Origin: Candidatus Omnitrophota bacterium
GTDB lineage: Bacteria > Omnitrophota > Gorgyraeia > JACQQV01
DNA: 64,000 nt
Assembly (NCBI GenBank): GCA_016206785.1
Contig: JACQQV010000039.1
Location: forward strand, 5,978-69,977
Reading direction: 5' to 3'
The notes under the pieces were generated by a model. That model searched no databases, was not told the DNA's origin, and saw nothing but the letters and a program-made list of their open reading frames with translations. Below, piece by piece: positions 34,592 to 43,717 of this stretch. How positions within the stretch are numbered: the stretch's first letter is position 1; every line of letters begins with the position of its first letter. A program made the position numbers and the translations under genes.

Positions 34592-35494
34592 TTAAAAACG
34601 GGTGAAGAGTTTAAATTCGTTGAAACGCTTTTGAATGTCGGAAGACTTCAAGGTCAGGAGGCGGTTTAATCCAAAATCTTCAACTGAAAAGGAGGCCATG
34701 ACACTTCCATAGATAATGGCTTTTCGAATGGAGGCGACATCTTGTTTTTTCCCCTTTGCCAAATATCCCATGAAGCCCCCTGCAAACGTATCCCCTGCTC
34801 CCGTGGGGTCTTTAATCGTCTCCAAGAGGTACGCGGGGGTTGAGAAAACAAAATCTTTCGTGAAAAAGAGAACCCCATGCTCCCCCTTTTTGATCAAAAC
34901 CATTTGAGGACCTAATCGAATGAGTTCTTTTCCTGCCTTTGCGAGATTGGTATTCCCTGTGAGCATTCTCGCTTCTTGATCGTTCAGCAACGCCAGATCC
35001 ACCTTCTTAAGAAGTTGGAGAAGAGAGCGCTTTTTCTTTTCAATCCAAAATCCCATGGAATCGAGCGCAACGAATTGAGGATGATTTAGTTGCTTTAATA
35101 CGGAAAGCTGAAGATCGGGGTCGATGTTCGCCAAGAAAACATGGGAGAGGCCGCAATATTTCTCAGGGAGACGTGGATTGAATTGCTCAAAGACATTGAG
35201 TTCGGTCACGAGGGTGAAGGCCACATTGAGGTCGTAGCCGTAACGCCCCTTCCACCGGAACGTTTCCCCTTTCCGGACTTCAAGCCCCTCTAAGTCGATA
35301 TTCCGTTTTTTGAGGAGATTTAAATACGCTTTCGGGAAATCGGTCCCAACGACTCCTACAAGATTTACCGGTGTAAAGAAACTTGCGGAGACAGAAGCAT
35401 AGGTTGCAGAACCCCCCAGGATCTCTTCTTGAGAGCCATAGGGCGTCTCTACAGAATCTAACGCGACAGAACCGACAACAAGGACTCTACTCAT
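34592..35494 (-). CDS. PfkB-family sugar kinase
   Basis: VGSVALD, LGGSA, KKGEHG, DPTGAGDTFAGG. Confidence 0.92.
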   Translation of the reverse strand: MSRVLVVGSVALDSVETPYGSQEEILGGSATYASVSASFFTPVNLVGVVGTDFPKAYLNLLKKRNIDLEGLEVRKGETFRWKGRYGYDLNVAFTLVTELNVFEQFNPRLPEKYCGLSHVFLANIDPDLQLSVLKQLNHPQFVALDSMGFWIEKKKRSLLQLLKKVDLALLNDQEARMLTGNTNLAKAGKELIRLGPQMVLIKKGEHGVLFFTKDFVFSTPAYLLETIKDPTGAGDTFAGGFMGYLAKGKKQDVASIRKAIIYGSVMASFSVEDFGLNRLLTLKSSDIQKRFNEFKLFTRF

Positions 35495-36152
35495 AGACCT
35501 TCCCCGCCTCTTCTTTTCTCGCGTCCATGAGGGACTTGAGTCGAGCGGTGGCTCCGCGGATATCTTCTTGAGCAACGACTGCACGCACCACAGCGATCGC
35601 GTAGGCCCCTGCGCCCAGCACCTCTTCGATATTGGAGAGGTTGATCCCCCCGATTGCGATAAAAGGGATCGAAAGGTTCTTTCTCACTTCATGGATGAAT
35701 TCAAGTCCTACGGGGGCATAGTCCGGTTTGGTAGGCGTTTTAAAAATAGGTCCTACCCCTATATAATCGGCCCCTTCTTGAAAAGCCCTTCTGGCTTGTT
35801 CCAAGCTGTGCGTGGAGACCCCCAAGAGCCTATTTCCCCCGATCTCTTGTCTTGCCCTCTTTAGGGATAGATCGTCCTGGCCGATATGAAGACCATCCGC
35901 TCCAACCGCCTTCGCGACGTCGACCCTTTCATTCACAATGAGGAGTGCACCAAACTGGTCACAGACTTCTCGGAGGGCCCTTCCGACGGTGATCAGGGCT
36001 TCGTCTTTCGCCTCTTTATCACGTAACTGAACGACGGAGGCCCCTCCTTCGAGGGCTTGTGTCAAGACCTCAAGATGGCCTTTTCCTCGCTGGGCACCTG
36101 GATCAGTAATGACGTAAAGACTTCCTCTTTTGAGTTCTTTTTTGACCGGCAT
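35487..36152 (-). CDS. thiE: Thiamine-phosphate synthase
   Basis: QLRDK, HIGQDD, GVSTH, TPTK, AIGGI. Confidence 0.93.
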   Translation of the reverse strand: MPVKKELKRGSLYVITDPGAQRGKGHLEVLTQALEGGASVVQLRDKEAKDEALITVGRALREVCDQFGALLIVNERVDVAKAVGADGLHIGQDDLSLKRARQEIGGNRLLGVSTHSLEQARRAFQEGADYIGVGPIFKTPTKPDYAPVGLEFIHEVRKNLSIPFIAIGGINLSNIEEVLGAGAYAIAVVRAVVAQEDIRGATARLKSLMDARKEEAGKVYE

Positions 36153-36609
36153 GTAAAAGTCCTGTCGTTGAGTATCTTTTCACAAGAGGAAAAAGATAGA
36201 CTTTGCCACCGTACGATTCGATAAAGGCTTTACCCACGACCTCTTTCTTTTCCCAATCTCCGCCCTTTACCAGCACATCCGGTCGAATCTGGCGAATGAG
36301 CCTTTCCGGTGTTTCTTCAGAGAAAAGAAGAACATGATCAACTGCTTTGAGAGAGGCTAAAACTTCTGCACGGGCCCTTTCCGGATTCACCGGTCGATGC
36401 GGCCCTTTGAGCTTCCGAACGGAGGAGTCGCTGTTCAGTCCTACGAGAAGGATATCCCCCAGACGCTTCGCTTTTTCGAGGAGACGGATATGACCCAGAT
36501 GGAGAAGATCAAAACAACCGTTTGTGAAGACGACCCTTTTCCCTCGCCGACGGGCGGTACGAAGAACTTTTAGAAGTGTCCCCCTCCGCGTCACGTTAAG
36601 TGTGATCAC
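36103..36609 (-). CDS. rfaE2: D-glycero-beta-D-manno-heptose 1-phosphate adenylyltransferase
   Basis: FTNGCFDLLHLGH, GLNSD.SV..LKG..RP, LVKGGD, YSTT. Confidence 0.92.
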   Translation of the reverse strand: MITLNVTRRGTLLKVLRTARRRGKRVVFTNGCFDLLHLGHIRLLEKAKRLGDILLVGLNSDSSVRKLKGPHRPVNPERARAEVLASLKAVDHVLLFSEETPERLIRQIRPDVLVKGGDWEKKEVVGKAFIESYGGKVYLFPLVKRYSTTGLLHAGQKRTQKRKSLRHY

Positions 36610-37223
36610 CCGTAGAGCGCCTTTTCCACCAATTCACAGATGGCGTGGCCGATCGTGATATGGGATTCCTGAATCCGCTGGGTATTGGAAGAAGGGACGA
36701 GTATGCAGAGGTCGACGAGACTTTTCAGTTTTCCTCCCGTTCCTCCCGTCAGTCCAATTGTGTAAAGCCGCTTTTTCTTTGCCATCTTGGTCGCTTCCAG
36801 AACATTTGGCGAATTGCCACTGGTGGAAATGCCCACTGCAACGTCTGTGGGGTTCGCCAACCCTTCCAGTTCCCTTGCGAAAGAATAGAGATAACCGAAG
36901 TCATTTGAAATCGCGGTGAGGGATGCGGGGTTTCCTGAGAGGGCCACCGCAGGAAGAGAGGGGCGTTTGATATCGTGTGAAAATCGTCCCAAAAATTCTC
37001 CGGCGATATGGAGACTGTCCGAGGCGCTTCCTCCGTTTCCATAGAGGATCAGTTTTCCTCCCCGACGGAAAGAGTGGGTAATCCTTTCGGAGGCCGAGAG
37101 GATACACTGGAGCATAGCGTCTGACAGAAGCGCTTCTTTGGTGCGGATCGATTCGAGAAGAATCTCCCGAAGACGGTCTCGTGATTTTTTCCGATTAACC
37201 AAAGAAAACTTTTGCGATCTCAT
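36606..37223 (-). CDS. gmhA: Phosphoheptose isomerase
   Basis: GNGGSA.D, TAISND.GY, ISTSGNS, IQE.H; start uncertain. Confidence 0.92.
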   Translation of the reverse strand: MRSQKFSLVNRKKSRDRLREILLESIRTKEALLSDAMLQCILSASERITHSFRRGGKLILYGNGGSASDSLHIAGEFLGRFSHDIKRPSLPAVALSGNPASLTAISNDFGYLYSFARELEGLANPTDVAVGISTSGNSPNVLEATKMAKKKRLYTIGLTGGTGGKLKSLVDLCILVPSSNTQRIQESHITIGHAICELVEKALYG

Positions 37224-38226
37224 AGAGAGAAGCGTCCACCAGTTTCACATCACCCGCGACTTGTTGGAGCGGAACCGACACAATTTTATTCCCCTGTAAA
37301 CTGACCATGACGCCATATTTCTTTTCAAGAATAAGTCGAACCGCCTCAAATCCAAAACGGGTGCCGAGGACACGATCAAAGGCCGTAGGAGAACCTCCAC
37401 GCTGGACGTGTCCGAGGACGGTAACCCGCGTCTCAAACCCTGTCTTCTCCTCAATTTTCTCACCCAGGATATGTCCTACACCTCCCAGGCGGACATGTCC
37501 AAACTCATCTATCTTATTTTCCTGAGTCACTACTTCCCCTTTTTTGAATTTAGCCCCTTCGGCAACGACAACGATGCTGAATTGCTTACCGCGACTGTGG
37601 CGCTTGCGCAGAAGGTCACAAACCCGATCCAGATCGATCTCCTCTTCTGGAATGAGGATGACGTCCGCTCCTCCTGCGATCCCGGCGTAGACCGCGATCC
37701 AACCGGCGTGACGCCCCATCGTTTCAACCACCATGACACGGTTATGACTTTCGGCGGTCGTATGAAGCCTGTCGATCGCCTCCATCGCAATATTGACGGC
37801 GGTATCGAATCCGAAAGTGTAATCTGTTAAAGAGAGGTCGTTGTCGATCGTTTTTGGGATACCCACGATTTGAAGTTTCTTATCGGCGAATTTTGCAGCC
37901 ACGCCCAATGTGTCCTCGCCACCAATCACAATCAGCGCCTCTAAGCCGAGTTTTTTATAATTGTCGATCACTTGCGCAAGCTGCTTTTCGTCCTTAAAAG
38001 GGTTTGTCCTGGAGGTTCCGAGGATCGTTCCTCCTTTGGGGAGAATTCCAGAAACGGATTGCGCATCCAAAGGCATGGTATCGAGGGTGACCAATCCCTT
38101 CCACCCATACCGAATACCGATCACTTCAAGACCTTCGTGGTTCGCCTTTCGCACGACCGCCCGGATGACGGGATTTAAGCCTGGGCAGTCGCCTCCCCCT
38201 GTCAAACACCCAATTTTTCTTGCCAT
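37195..38226 (-). CDS. pfkA: Group III phosphofructokinase (PPi-type residues)
   Basis: TGGGDCPGLN, GGEDT, PKTIDND, MGRHAG, LGHVQRGG. Confidence 0.93.
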   Translation of the reverse strand: MARKIGCLTGGGDCPGLNPVIRAVVRKANHEGLEVIGIRYGWKGLVTLDTMPLDAQSVSGILPKGGTILGTSRTNPFKDEKQLAQVIDNYKKLGLEALIVIGGEDTLGVAAKFADKKLQIVGIPKTIDNDLSLTDYTFGFDTAVNIAMEAIDRLHTTAESHNRVMVVETMGRHAGWIAVYAGIAGGADVILIPEEEIDLDRVCDLLRKRHSRGKQFSIVVVAEGAKFKKGEVVTQENKIDEFGHVRLGGVGHILGEKIEEKTGFETRVTVLGHVQRGGSPTAFDRVLGTRFGFEAVRLILEKKYGVMVSLQGNKIVSVPLQQVAGDVKLVDASLYEIAKVFFG

Positions 38227-38235
38227 CTTTTCCCT

Positions 38236-38829
38236 CTAAAAATTTTCAAATTCTAAATCTTGGACCGATTCCTTTTCGGTCGCTTTCTCTTTTTTGGTGG
38301 GGCGTTGCGCCACCTTTCCTATATGGACATGGATCGTAATCGGCTCCTCCACGCCGAGGATGTCGTGGATATGACTGCGTACGACATGCTGGAGTCTCTC
38401 GGTTGCTTCAGGGATATGCGTATCCGCCCAAAGGGTGCCTCGGACAGTCACAACAATTCCAGAACGGGTTGCCCGCACATACGGTTTAATTTCCTTGATC
38501 CCATTCAGATCACTTCCCACCCGTTTGATGAAATCTTCTATCGCATCCAATGCCACCGTGACCTCTCCATCGGGGTTGTGAAAGGCGATCGTTCTTTCCC
38601 TTTGAATTTGGAGGATAATCACTCTCGCAAACGTCACTGTCGCCAAAAGGATTGCTCCCCCTATTGCCCCCAAAAGGAGTCGGGTCTTGGTCGAGTCGTA
38701 AAGAGCACTTAAAAGAACGTTGAGGTCATCGATCGACAGAAGGCGTGCGGCGAGGATGAGAAGGACAACACCCGTTAAGAGGAAAAAGAGCGCTCCCAAA
38801 AGCCGAAACAGCTGACTCAAAAATCTCAT
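38236..38829 (-). CDS. AmaP-like alkaline shock response membrane anchor
   Basis: Two TMs, then GEV.V...AIED and LQ..V...I..ILG (Asp23-like fold). Confidence 0.7.
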   Translation of the reverse strand: MRFLSQLFRLLGALFFLLTGVVLLILAARLLSIDDLNVLLSALYDSTKTRLLLGAIGGAILLATVTFARVIILQIQRERTIAFHNPDGEVTVALDAIEDFIKRVGSDLNGIKEIKPYVRATRSGIVVTVRGTLWADTHIPEATERLQHVVRSHIHDILGVEEPITIHVHIGKVAQRPTKKEKATEKESVQDLEFENF

Positions 38830-40206
38830 TTAGGCCCCCCTCGCTTCTGAGACTCTCTCACTTGTTTCTCCCAAAAGTTTTTCGACGAAGTCGGTGTAGA
38901 ATTCTCCCTTCAAAAAGGCAGGATGACGGAGGATTTTCCGATGAAAAGGAATCGTCGTTTTAATCGGTTCGATCATGAATTCATCGAGTGCCCTTTTCAT
39001 GATCTCAATCGCTTCCTTCCGATCTCTGCCGTGACAGATAAGTTTCCCCACCATCGAATCGTAGTGGGGGGTGATTTGATAGCCGGTATAGACATGGGAG
39101 TCAAGACGAATTCCAGGCCCTCCAGGGACATTGAGGAAACTAATCTTCCCCGGCGAAGGAAGAAATCCATTTTCGGAATCCTCGGCATTGATGCGACATT
39201 CCATGGCGGAACCCTGGATCCGGATGTCATCTTGAGCGTAGGAGAGTTTTTCCCCTGCGGCCATCCGGATCTGTTCCTTGATCAAGTCAATACCGGTGAC
39301 CATCTCCGTTACAGGGTGTTCCACCTGAATGCGGGTATTCATCTCCATGAAATAGAAATTGTCATGTTCGTCAAGGAGAAATTCCATGGTTCCGGCGTTC
39401 ACATAGCCGACCGCCTTGGTCCCCTTGACCGCTAGTTCTCCGATCTTCTTGCGCAGTTTATGATCCACTCGCGACGAAGGGGCTTCTTCGAGGAGTTTTT
39501 GGTGACGTCGCTGAATGGTGCATTCCCTCTCTCCTAAATGAACGACGTGACCATAACGGTCTGCTAGGAGTTGTATCTCAATATGTTTTGGCCGCTCGAC
39601 ATACTTTTCGATAAAGACATCCGCATTCCCGAAGGCCGCCTCGGCCTCTGTTTGACAGGTGAGGAGTGCACTCACAAGTCGGACATCGTTGTGGGCTACC
39701 CGCATCCCCTTCCCCCCTCCTCCCGCCGCAGCCTTGATGATGACCGGATAACGGATGCGCCGCGCCGTGTTCAAGGCTTCATCCTTGTTTTTGACCGCTT
39801 GTGTGCTTCCAGGGATAATAGGCAGCCCCGCCTTTTTCATCACCTCTTTGGCCGCCAGTTTATCTCCCATCATCCGGATCGATTCCGCAGGGGGGCCGAT
39901 AAATTTGATCTTGCACGATTCGCAGATTTCGGCGAAGTGGGCGTCTTCGGCTAGAAATCCGTATCCTGGGTGGAGCGCTTCGACATCTGTGATCTCGGCG
40001 GCACTGATGATGCTTGGAATGTTGAGGTAGCTTTCAGCACTTCGGGCACTCCCGATACAGATCGCCTCATCGGCAAAGCGAACGTGAAGAGAATCCGCAT
40101 CGGCCTCGGAATAGACGGCGACCGTTTTAATCCCCATTTCCTTACAGGCGCGGATAATTCGCAGGGCGACTTCTCCACGATTGGCGATTAGAATTTTTGA
40201 GAACAT
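38830..40206 (-). CDS. accC: Biotin carboxylase
   Basis: [47 protein letters not shown]. Confidence 0.96.
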   Translation of the reverse strand: MFSKILIANRGEVALRIIRACKEMGIKTVAVYSEADADSLHVRFADEAICIGSARSAESYLNIPSIISAAEITDVEALHPGYGFLAEDAHFAEICESCKIKFIGPPAESIRMMGDKLAAKEVMKKAGLPIIPGSTQAVKNKDEALNTARRIRYPVIIKAAAGGGGKGMRVAHNDVRLVSALLTCQTEAEAAFGNADVFIEKYVERPKHIEIQLLADRYGHVVHLGERECTIQRRHQKLLEEAPSSRVDHKLRKKIGELAVKGTKAVGYVNAGTMEFLLDEHDNFYFMEMNTRIQVEHPVTEMVTGIDLIKEQIRMAAGEKLSYAQDDIRIQGSAMECRINAEDSENGFLPSPGKISFLNVPGGPGIRLDSHVYTGYQITPHYDSMVGKLICHGRDRKEAIEIMKRALDEFMIEPIKTTIPFHRKILRHPAFLKGEFYTDFVEKLLGETSERVSEARGA

Positions 40207-40207
40207 C

Positions 40208-40672
40208 CTACTTCGGCTCCACCAGAAAAAGAACCGTTCCGAACTCAACGGGATCGCCGTTTTCAATGAGCACATCCACAATTTTCCCGCCCAGCTCGGA
40301 TTTAATCTCGTTCATCAATTTCATCGCCTCAATGATGCAAACGACCTGACCCGGTTCGATCATGGACCCCACCTCCACAAAAGGCGGGGAATCTGGAGAG
40401 GGGGCGCGATAAAAAGTCCCCACAATGGGGGCTTTGATTTCAACCGCTTTGGCAGCGACCTCTTTCGGTATCTCTTGAGCAGCCTGAGGCGCAGTCTCTT
40501 GAGGAGCGGGCGGCGGCGAGGTGGCTACAAGGATCTTTTCAAGTCCTCCCTCTATCGCCCCCCCTGTTCCCTTACGAAGGCGGATCCGTAGACCGTCCCG
40601 CTCCAATTCAAACTCTGTCAACGCATTCTCATTCATCAAATTGATAATTTCTTTTATCTCTTTGATGTTCAT
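40208..40672 (-). CDS. accB: Biotin carboxyl carrier protein
   Basis: [16 protein letters not shown]. Confidence 0.95.
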   Translation of the reverse strand: MNIKEIKEIINLMNENALTEFELERDGLRIRLRKGTGGAIEGGLEKILVATSPPPAPQETAPQAAQEIPKEVAAKAVEIKAPIVGTFYRAPSPDSPPFVEVGSMIEPGQVVCIIEAMKLMNEIKSELGGKIVDVLIENGDPVEFGTVLFLVEPK

Positions 40673-40693
40673 GAAAAGGGTACCCCCTTTGCT

Positions 40694-41251
40694 TTAGACG
40701 CGGTTCACGTAGCTTCCGGTGCGGGTGTCCACTTTGATGATGTCCCCCTCCTTGACAAAGAGGGGAACCTGAATGGAAGCGCCTGTTTCCAATTTTGCGA
40801 ATTTGTTACCCCCTTTTGCCGTATCTCCCCGGAGACCTGGATCCGCATTGACCACTTTGAGTTCCACAAACATGGGAGGAGAAACGTCTAATACCTGTCC
40901 TTCATGTTCTAGGAGGGTAATGATCATATTCTCTTTTAAGTAATCGGGGGTTTCCCCCATTTGGTCTTTCTCAATGGAATGTTGTTCATAGGTTTCCATA
41001 TCCATAAAGTGGAAAGTCTCTCCAGCCTGGTAGAGATACTGTAACTTTCGTTCGTGGACAAAGGCCTCTTCGACTTTGTCCCCTGAACGGAACGTCCGGT
41101 CGAGGACAGCCCCCGTCCGCATGTTCTTGAGTCTCGTCCGGACAAACGCCGCGCCCTTCCCCGGCTTGACTTGCTGAAAATCTACAATGAGGTAAACGGC
41201 CCCTTCCAATTTAACCGTGAGACCATTTTTGAGTTCATTGATGTCTAACAT
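40694..41251 (-). CDS. efp: Elongation factor P
   Basis: KPGKGAAF, PGLRGDT, LETG..VPLF, DTRTG.Y. Confidence 0.97.
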   Translation of the reverse strand: MLDINELKNGLTVKLEGAVYLIVDFQQVKPGKGAAFVRTRLKNMRTGAVLDRTFRSGDKVEEAFVHERKLQYLYQAGETFHFMDMETYEQHSIEKDQMGETPDYLKENMIITLLEHEGQVLDVSPPMFVELKVVNADPGLRGDTAKGGNKFAKLETGASIQVPLFVKEGDIIKVDTRTGSYVNRV

Positions 41252-41277
41252 GGCTTCCAGTAATGAATCTAATCATT

Positions 41278-41733
41278 TTAACGGGTTGGAGCAAGGATTG
41301 TCAAGGAGGCCAAAAGACCGAGACGGTAACTTTCCGCGCCGAACCCGGAGACCTGGCCTACGCAGACGGGAGCGATGAGGGAGGTTTGCCGAAATTTCTC
41401 GCGCGCATAGATATTGGTCAGATGGACTTCCACAGTCGGAACGCCGCAGGCCTCAATGGCGTCTCGAATCGCTACACTGGTATGGGTGTAGGCCGCAGGA
41501 TTGATGAGGATGGCGTTGTAGCGACCTTTAGCCTTTCCGATCAGATCGACAATTTTGCCCTCATGGTTGGATTGGAGGATCGTTAAGGTGACTTTCGATT
41601 TCCTAGCGGTCTCCTTGAGCAGGGTGTTGATGGCACCCAGCGTCTTTTGTCCGTAGAGGGACGGTTGCCGCTTACCCAGAAGATCAAGGTTAGGACCATG
41701 GATGACCAGTATTTTTTTAACTCGGCTTGCCAC
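41278..41733 (-). CDS. aroQ: Type II 3-dehydroquinate dehydratase
   Basis: HGPNL..LG.R...[21 protein letters not shown]. Confidence 0.95.
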   Translation of the reverse strand: MASRVKKILVIHGPNLDLLGKRQPSLYGQKTLGAINTLLKETARKSKVTLTILQSNHEGKIVDLIGKAKGRYNAILINPAAYTHTSVAIRDAIEACGVPTVEVHLTNIYAREKFRQTSLIAPVCVGQVSGFGAESYRLGLLASLTILAPTR

Positions 41734-41884
41734 CTTCTGCCTCTTCGATGAGCATCACAGGAATACCCTCCCGAATCGGGTATCGTCTTTCGCAGGAGGA
41801 ACAAACAAGTTTCTCCCCCTCCAACCTGACAGACGTCTTGCAAAGTGGACAGGCGAGAATTTCAAGAAGTTCCTTGTCAATCAT
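41717..41884 (-). CDS. Trm112/YcaR-family protein (55 aa, not in ORF track)
   Basis: GGAGG SD; [49 protein letters not shown]... Confidence 0.9.
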   Translation of the reverse strand: MIDKELLEILACPLCKTSVRLEGEKLVCSSCERRYPIREGIPVMLIEEAEGGKPS

Positions 41885-41899
41885 ACTTGCCTCCTTTTC

Positions 41900-42853
41900 C
41901 TATTCGAGTTCAGCCAAGGAAAGTTTAGGTTGTCCTTGCAAAAGATAGATGATTCCACCGATGAAACTCTGAATGCCAAGGATGCCGAGCCAAAGGATGG
42001 AGAGGGCAAGGGCACTCCCCTTCCCAATATTTCCCCCTAAAAAATAAACAAATGCCCCTTCCCGGATGCCGAGGCCATTCAGGGAAGGAAGCATTGAAAG
42101 CGTTGAGACCAGTGGAACCACGAGAAACAGGCGCGGTAAAGAAACGTAGGCAGAGAGACTCTGGATTAATGTAAAAATAGAGAGGATGAAAATCACATGG
42201 GTGAGGATTGAAAGAAAAAAGGCCTGCCATAGGATTTTTTTGTTCTGACCGATGAAGTGCAACGAATGGTAGGCCTTTTCGATCTTTTCATCCCACCCCA
42301 TTTTTTTGAGGGGGATGAAAAGAAAGCGGATCGATTTTGCCATTCCGCGGTTGAACAAAAACGAGATCGCAAAGGAAGAAAAAAGGAAAAGGAGTCCCAC
42401 GGCCATTTTGATGGAGCTTTCTGTCTCTTGCCAGAGGAGGAGGGTGCCGACGGTCGCCATGAGAACCAGTGAGAAAAGGCCGATGATCCGGTCTCCGAAC
42501 ACACACGCGAAGGAGTCTAATTTTTTGCTCGTTTTCTGATAAGCGAAAAAAGCCTTCACAACGTCTCCTCCTGCCGCAGTAGGTAGAAAATTGTTAAAAA
42601 AAATTCCAAGGAAAGAAAGTTCTACCGTTTCCTTGAGGGAAAGGGAAAGGGACTGGGCTCTGAAAAGGAGCTTCAGTCTTAAAGAAATAATGCAGATGGC
42701 CACTGTCTGCATGAAGAGGCTGGTCAGGAAAAAGAGATGGCGCGTCCGCTTCAATGTCAGGATCATCTCTCTCATTTCCCCTCTGAGGAGAATTCCTAAC
42801 AGTATAATAAAGAAAAGACTTATGAGAATTCTCAGGACCGCATTCGCCTTCAT
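41900..42853 (-). CDS. Lysylphosphatidylglycerol synthase TM-domain (flippase-like) protein
   Basis: FFNNFLP..GGD.VK, DR..GL, LPS.NGLG.REG. Confidence 0.85.
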   Translation of the reverse strand: MKANAVLRILISLFFIILLGILLRGEMREMILTLKRTRHLFFLTSLFMQTVAICIISLRLKLLFRAQSLSLSLKETVELSFLGIFFNNFLPTAAGGDVVKAFFAYQKTSKKLDSFACVFGDRIIGLFSLVLMATVGTLLLWQETESSIKMAVGLLFLFSSFAISFLFNRGMAKSIRFLFIPLKKMGWDEKIEKAYHSLHFIGQNKKILWQAFFLSILTHVIFILSIFTLIQSLSAYVSLPRLFLVVPLVSTLSMLPSLNGLGIREGAFVYFLGGNIGKGSALALSILWLGILGIQSFIGGIIYLLQGQPKLSLAELE

Positions 42854-42907
42854 ACGAATAGAAATGAGGTTACCATAAGCGGCTTCCAAAGTAAAGAAAA
42901 TTCAGGC

Positions 42908-43717
42908 CTACCGGATCAGGATGCCGGCATACCCCACGACGGAAGAGCGGTCCCCTGTAACATCCCCACTCGTTTGGTAGCGGAGAAGCTCCCCCTTGGC
43001 GCCATTTCTCTTTCGAAGGTAAGAAAGCATTGCAAGTGTCGGGGCATAGCCGCACATCGAGATCCGTCGCTCATCCACTCTACGGGTCAATTCATCCGGA
43101 TCCACAGCAAGAATGGACTGAATGGCATAGAGGTCCTTTTGGGTCGCTGCCTCGTGACTTTCATAATGGGTCATATCACTGCTGGCGATGACCGTCACTT
43201 CTTTTTGTGAGGCCTCAATCCCTCTCGCCAGGTGTTGTCCAAACGCTTTGTATTGTTCAGGGGTCCCGAATCCGACGGCAATGGGCACAATTTTTGTCTG
43301 AGGCGCGAGGATCTGCAGGAAAGGAAGTTGAACTTCTAAGGAATGTTCGAAGTGGTGGGCTTCATCATCTTCCTCAAGTTCTGGAGTCTGACGGAGAAGG
43401 CTATCCGCAAGTTCCCTATCGACCTCAACATCTCCCAACGGTGTACGCCATTTTTCTGCCGTTGAAAGACTCATCGGTCTCCCCTCTCCTGTATGGTTCG
43501 GACCGAGAAGGACGACCGTTTTCGGCCAGGAAATGGAGGCGTATACTTCCCCTGCGACTTTTCCCGAGTAGACAAGACCCGCATGAGGGACGACGAGCCC
43601 CTTTGCGTCCCGTCTTTGCTGGGTTTCCTTGGGAAGACAGGCCTTCACCTGTTCACGAAGTCGTTTCCAATCTTCTTCGTAAAATTGACCTGACACGCAG
43701 GGGTAGCGTACGTTCAT
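42908..43717 (-). CDS. MEMO1 / AmmeMemoRadiSam protein B
   Basis: GQFY, PHAG..YSG, GPNH, EHSLEVQLPFLQ, SSDMTHY, SMCG, VVGY. Confidence 0.9.
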   Translation of the reverse strand: MNVRYPCVSGQFYEEDWKRLREQVKACLPKETQQRRDAKGLVVPHAGLVYSGKVAGEVYASISWPKTVVLLGPNHTGEGRPMSLSTAEKWRTPLGDVEVDRELADSLLRQTPELEEDDEAHHFEHSLEVQLPFLQILAPQTKIVPIAVGFGTPEQYKAFGQHLARGIEASQKEVTVIASSDMTHYESHEAATQKDLYAIQSILAVDPDELTRRVDERRISMCGYAPTLAMLSYLRKRNGAKGELLRYQTSGDVTGDRSSVVGYAGILIR

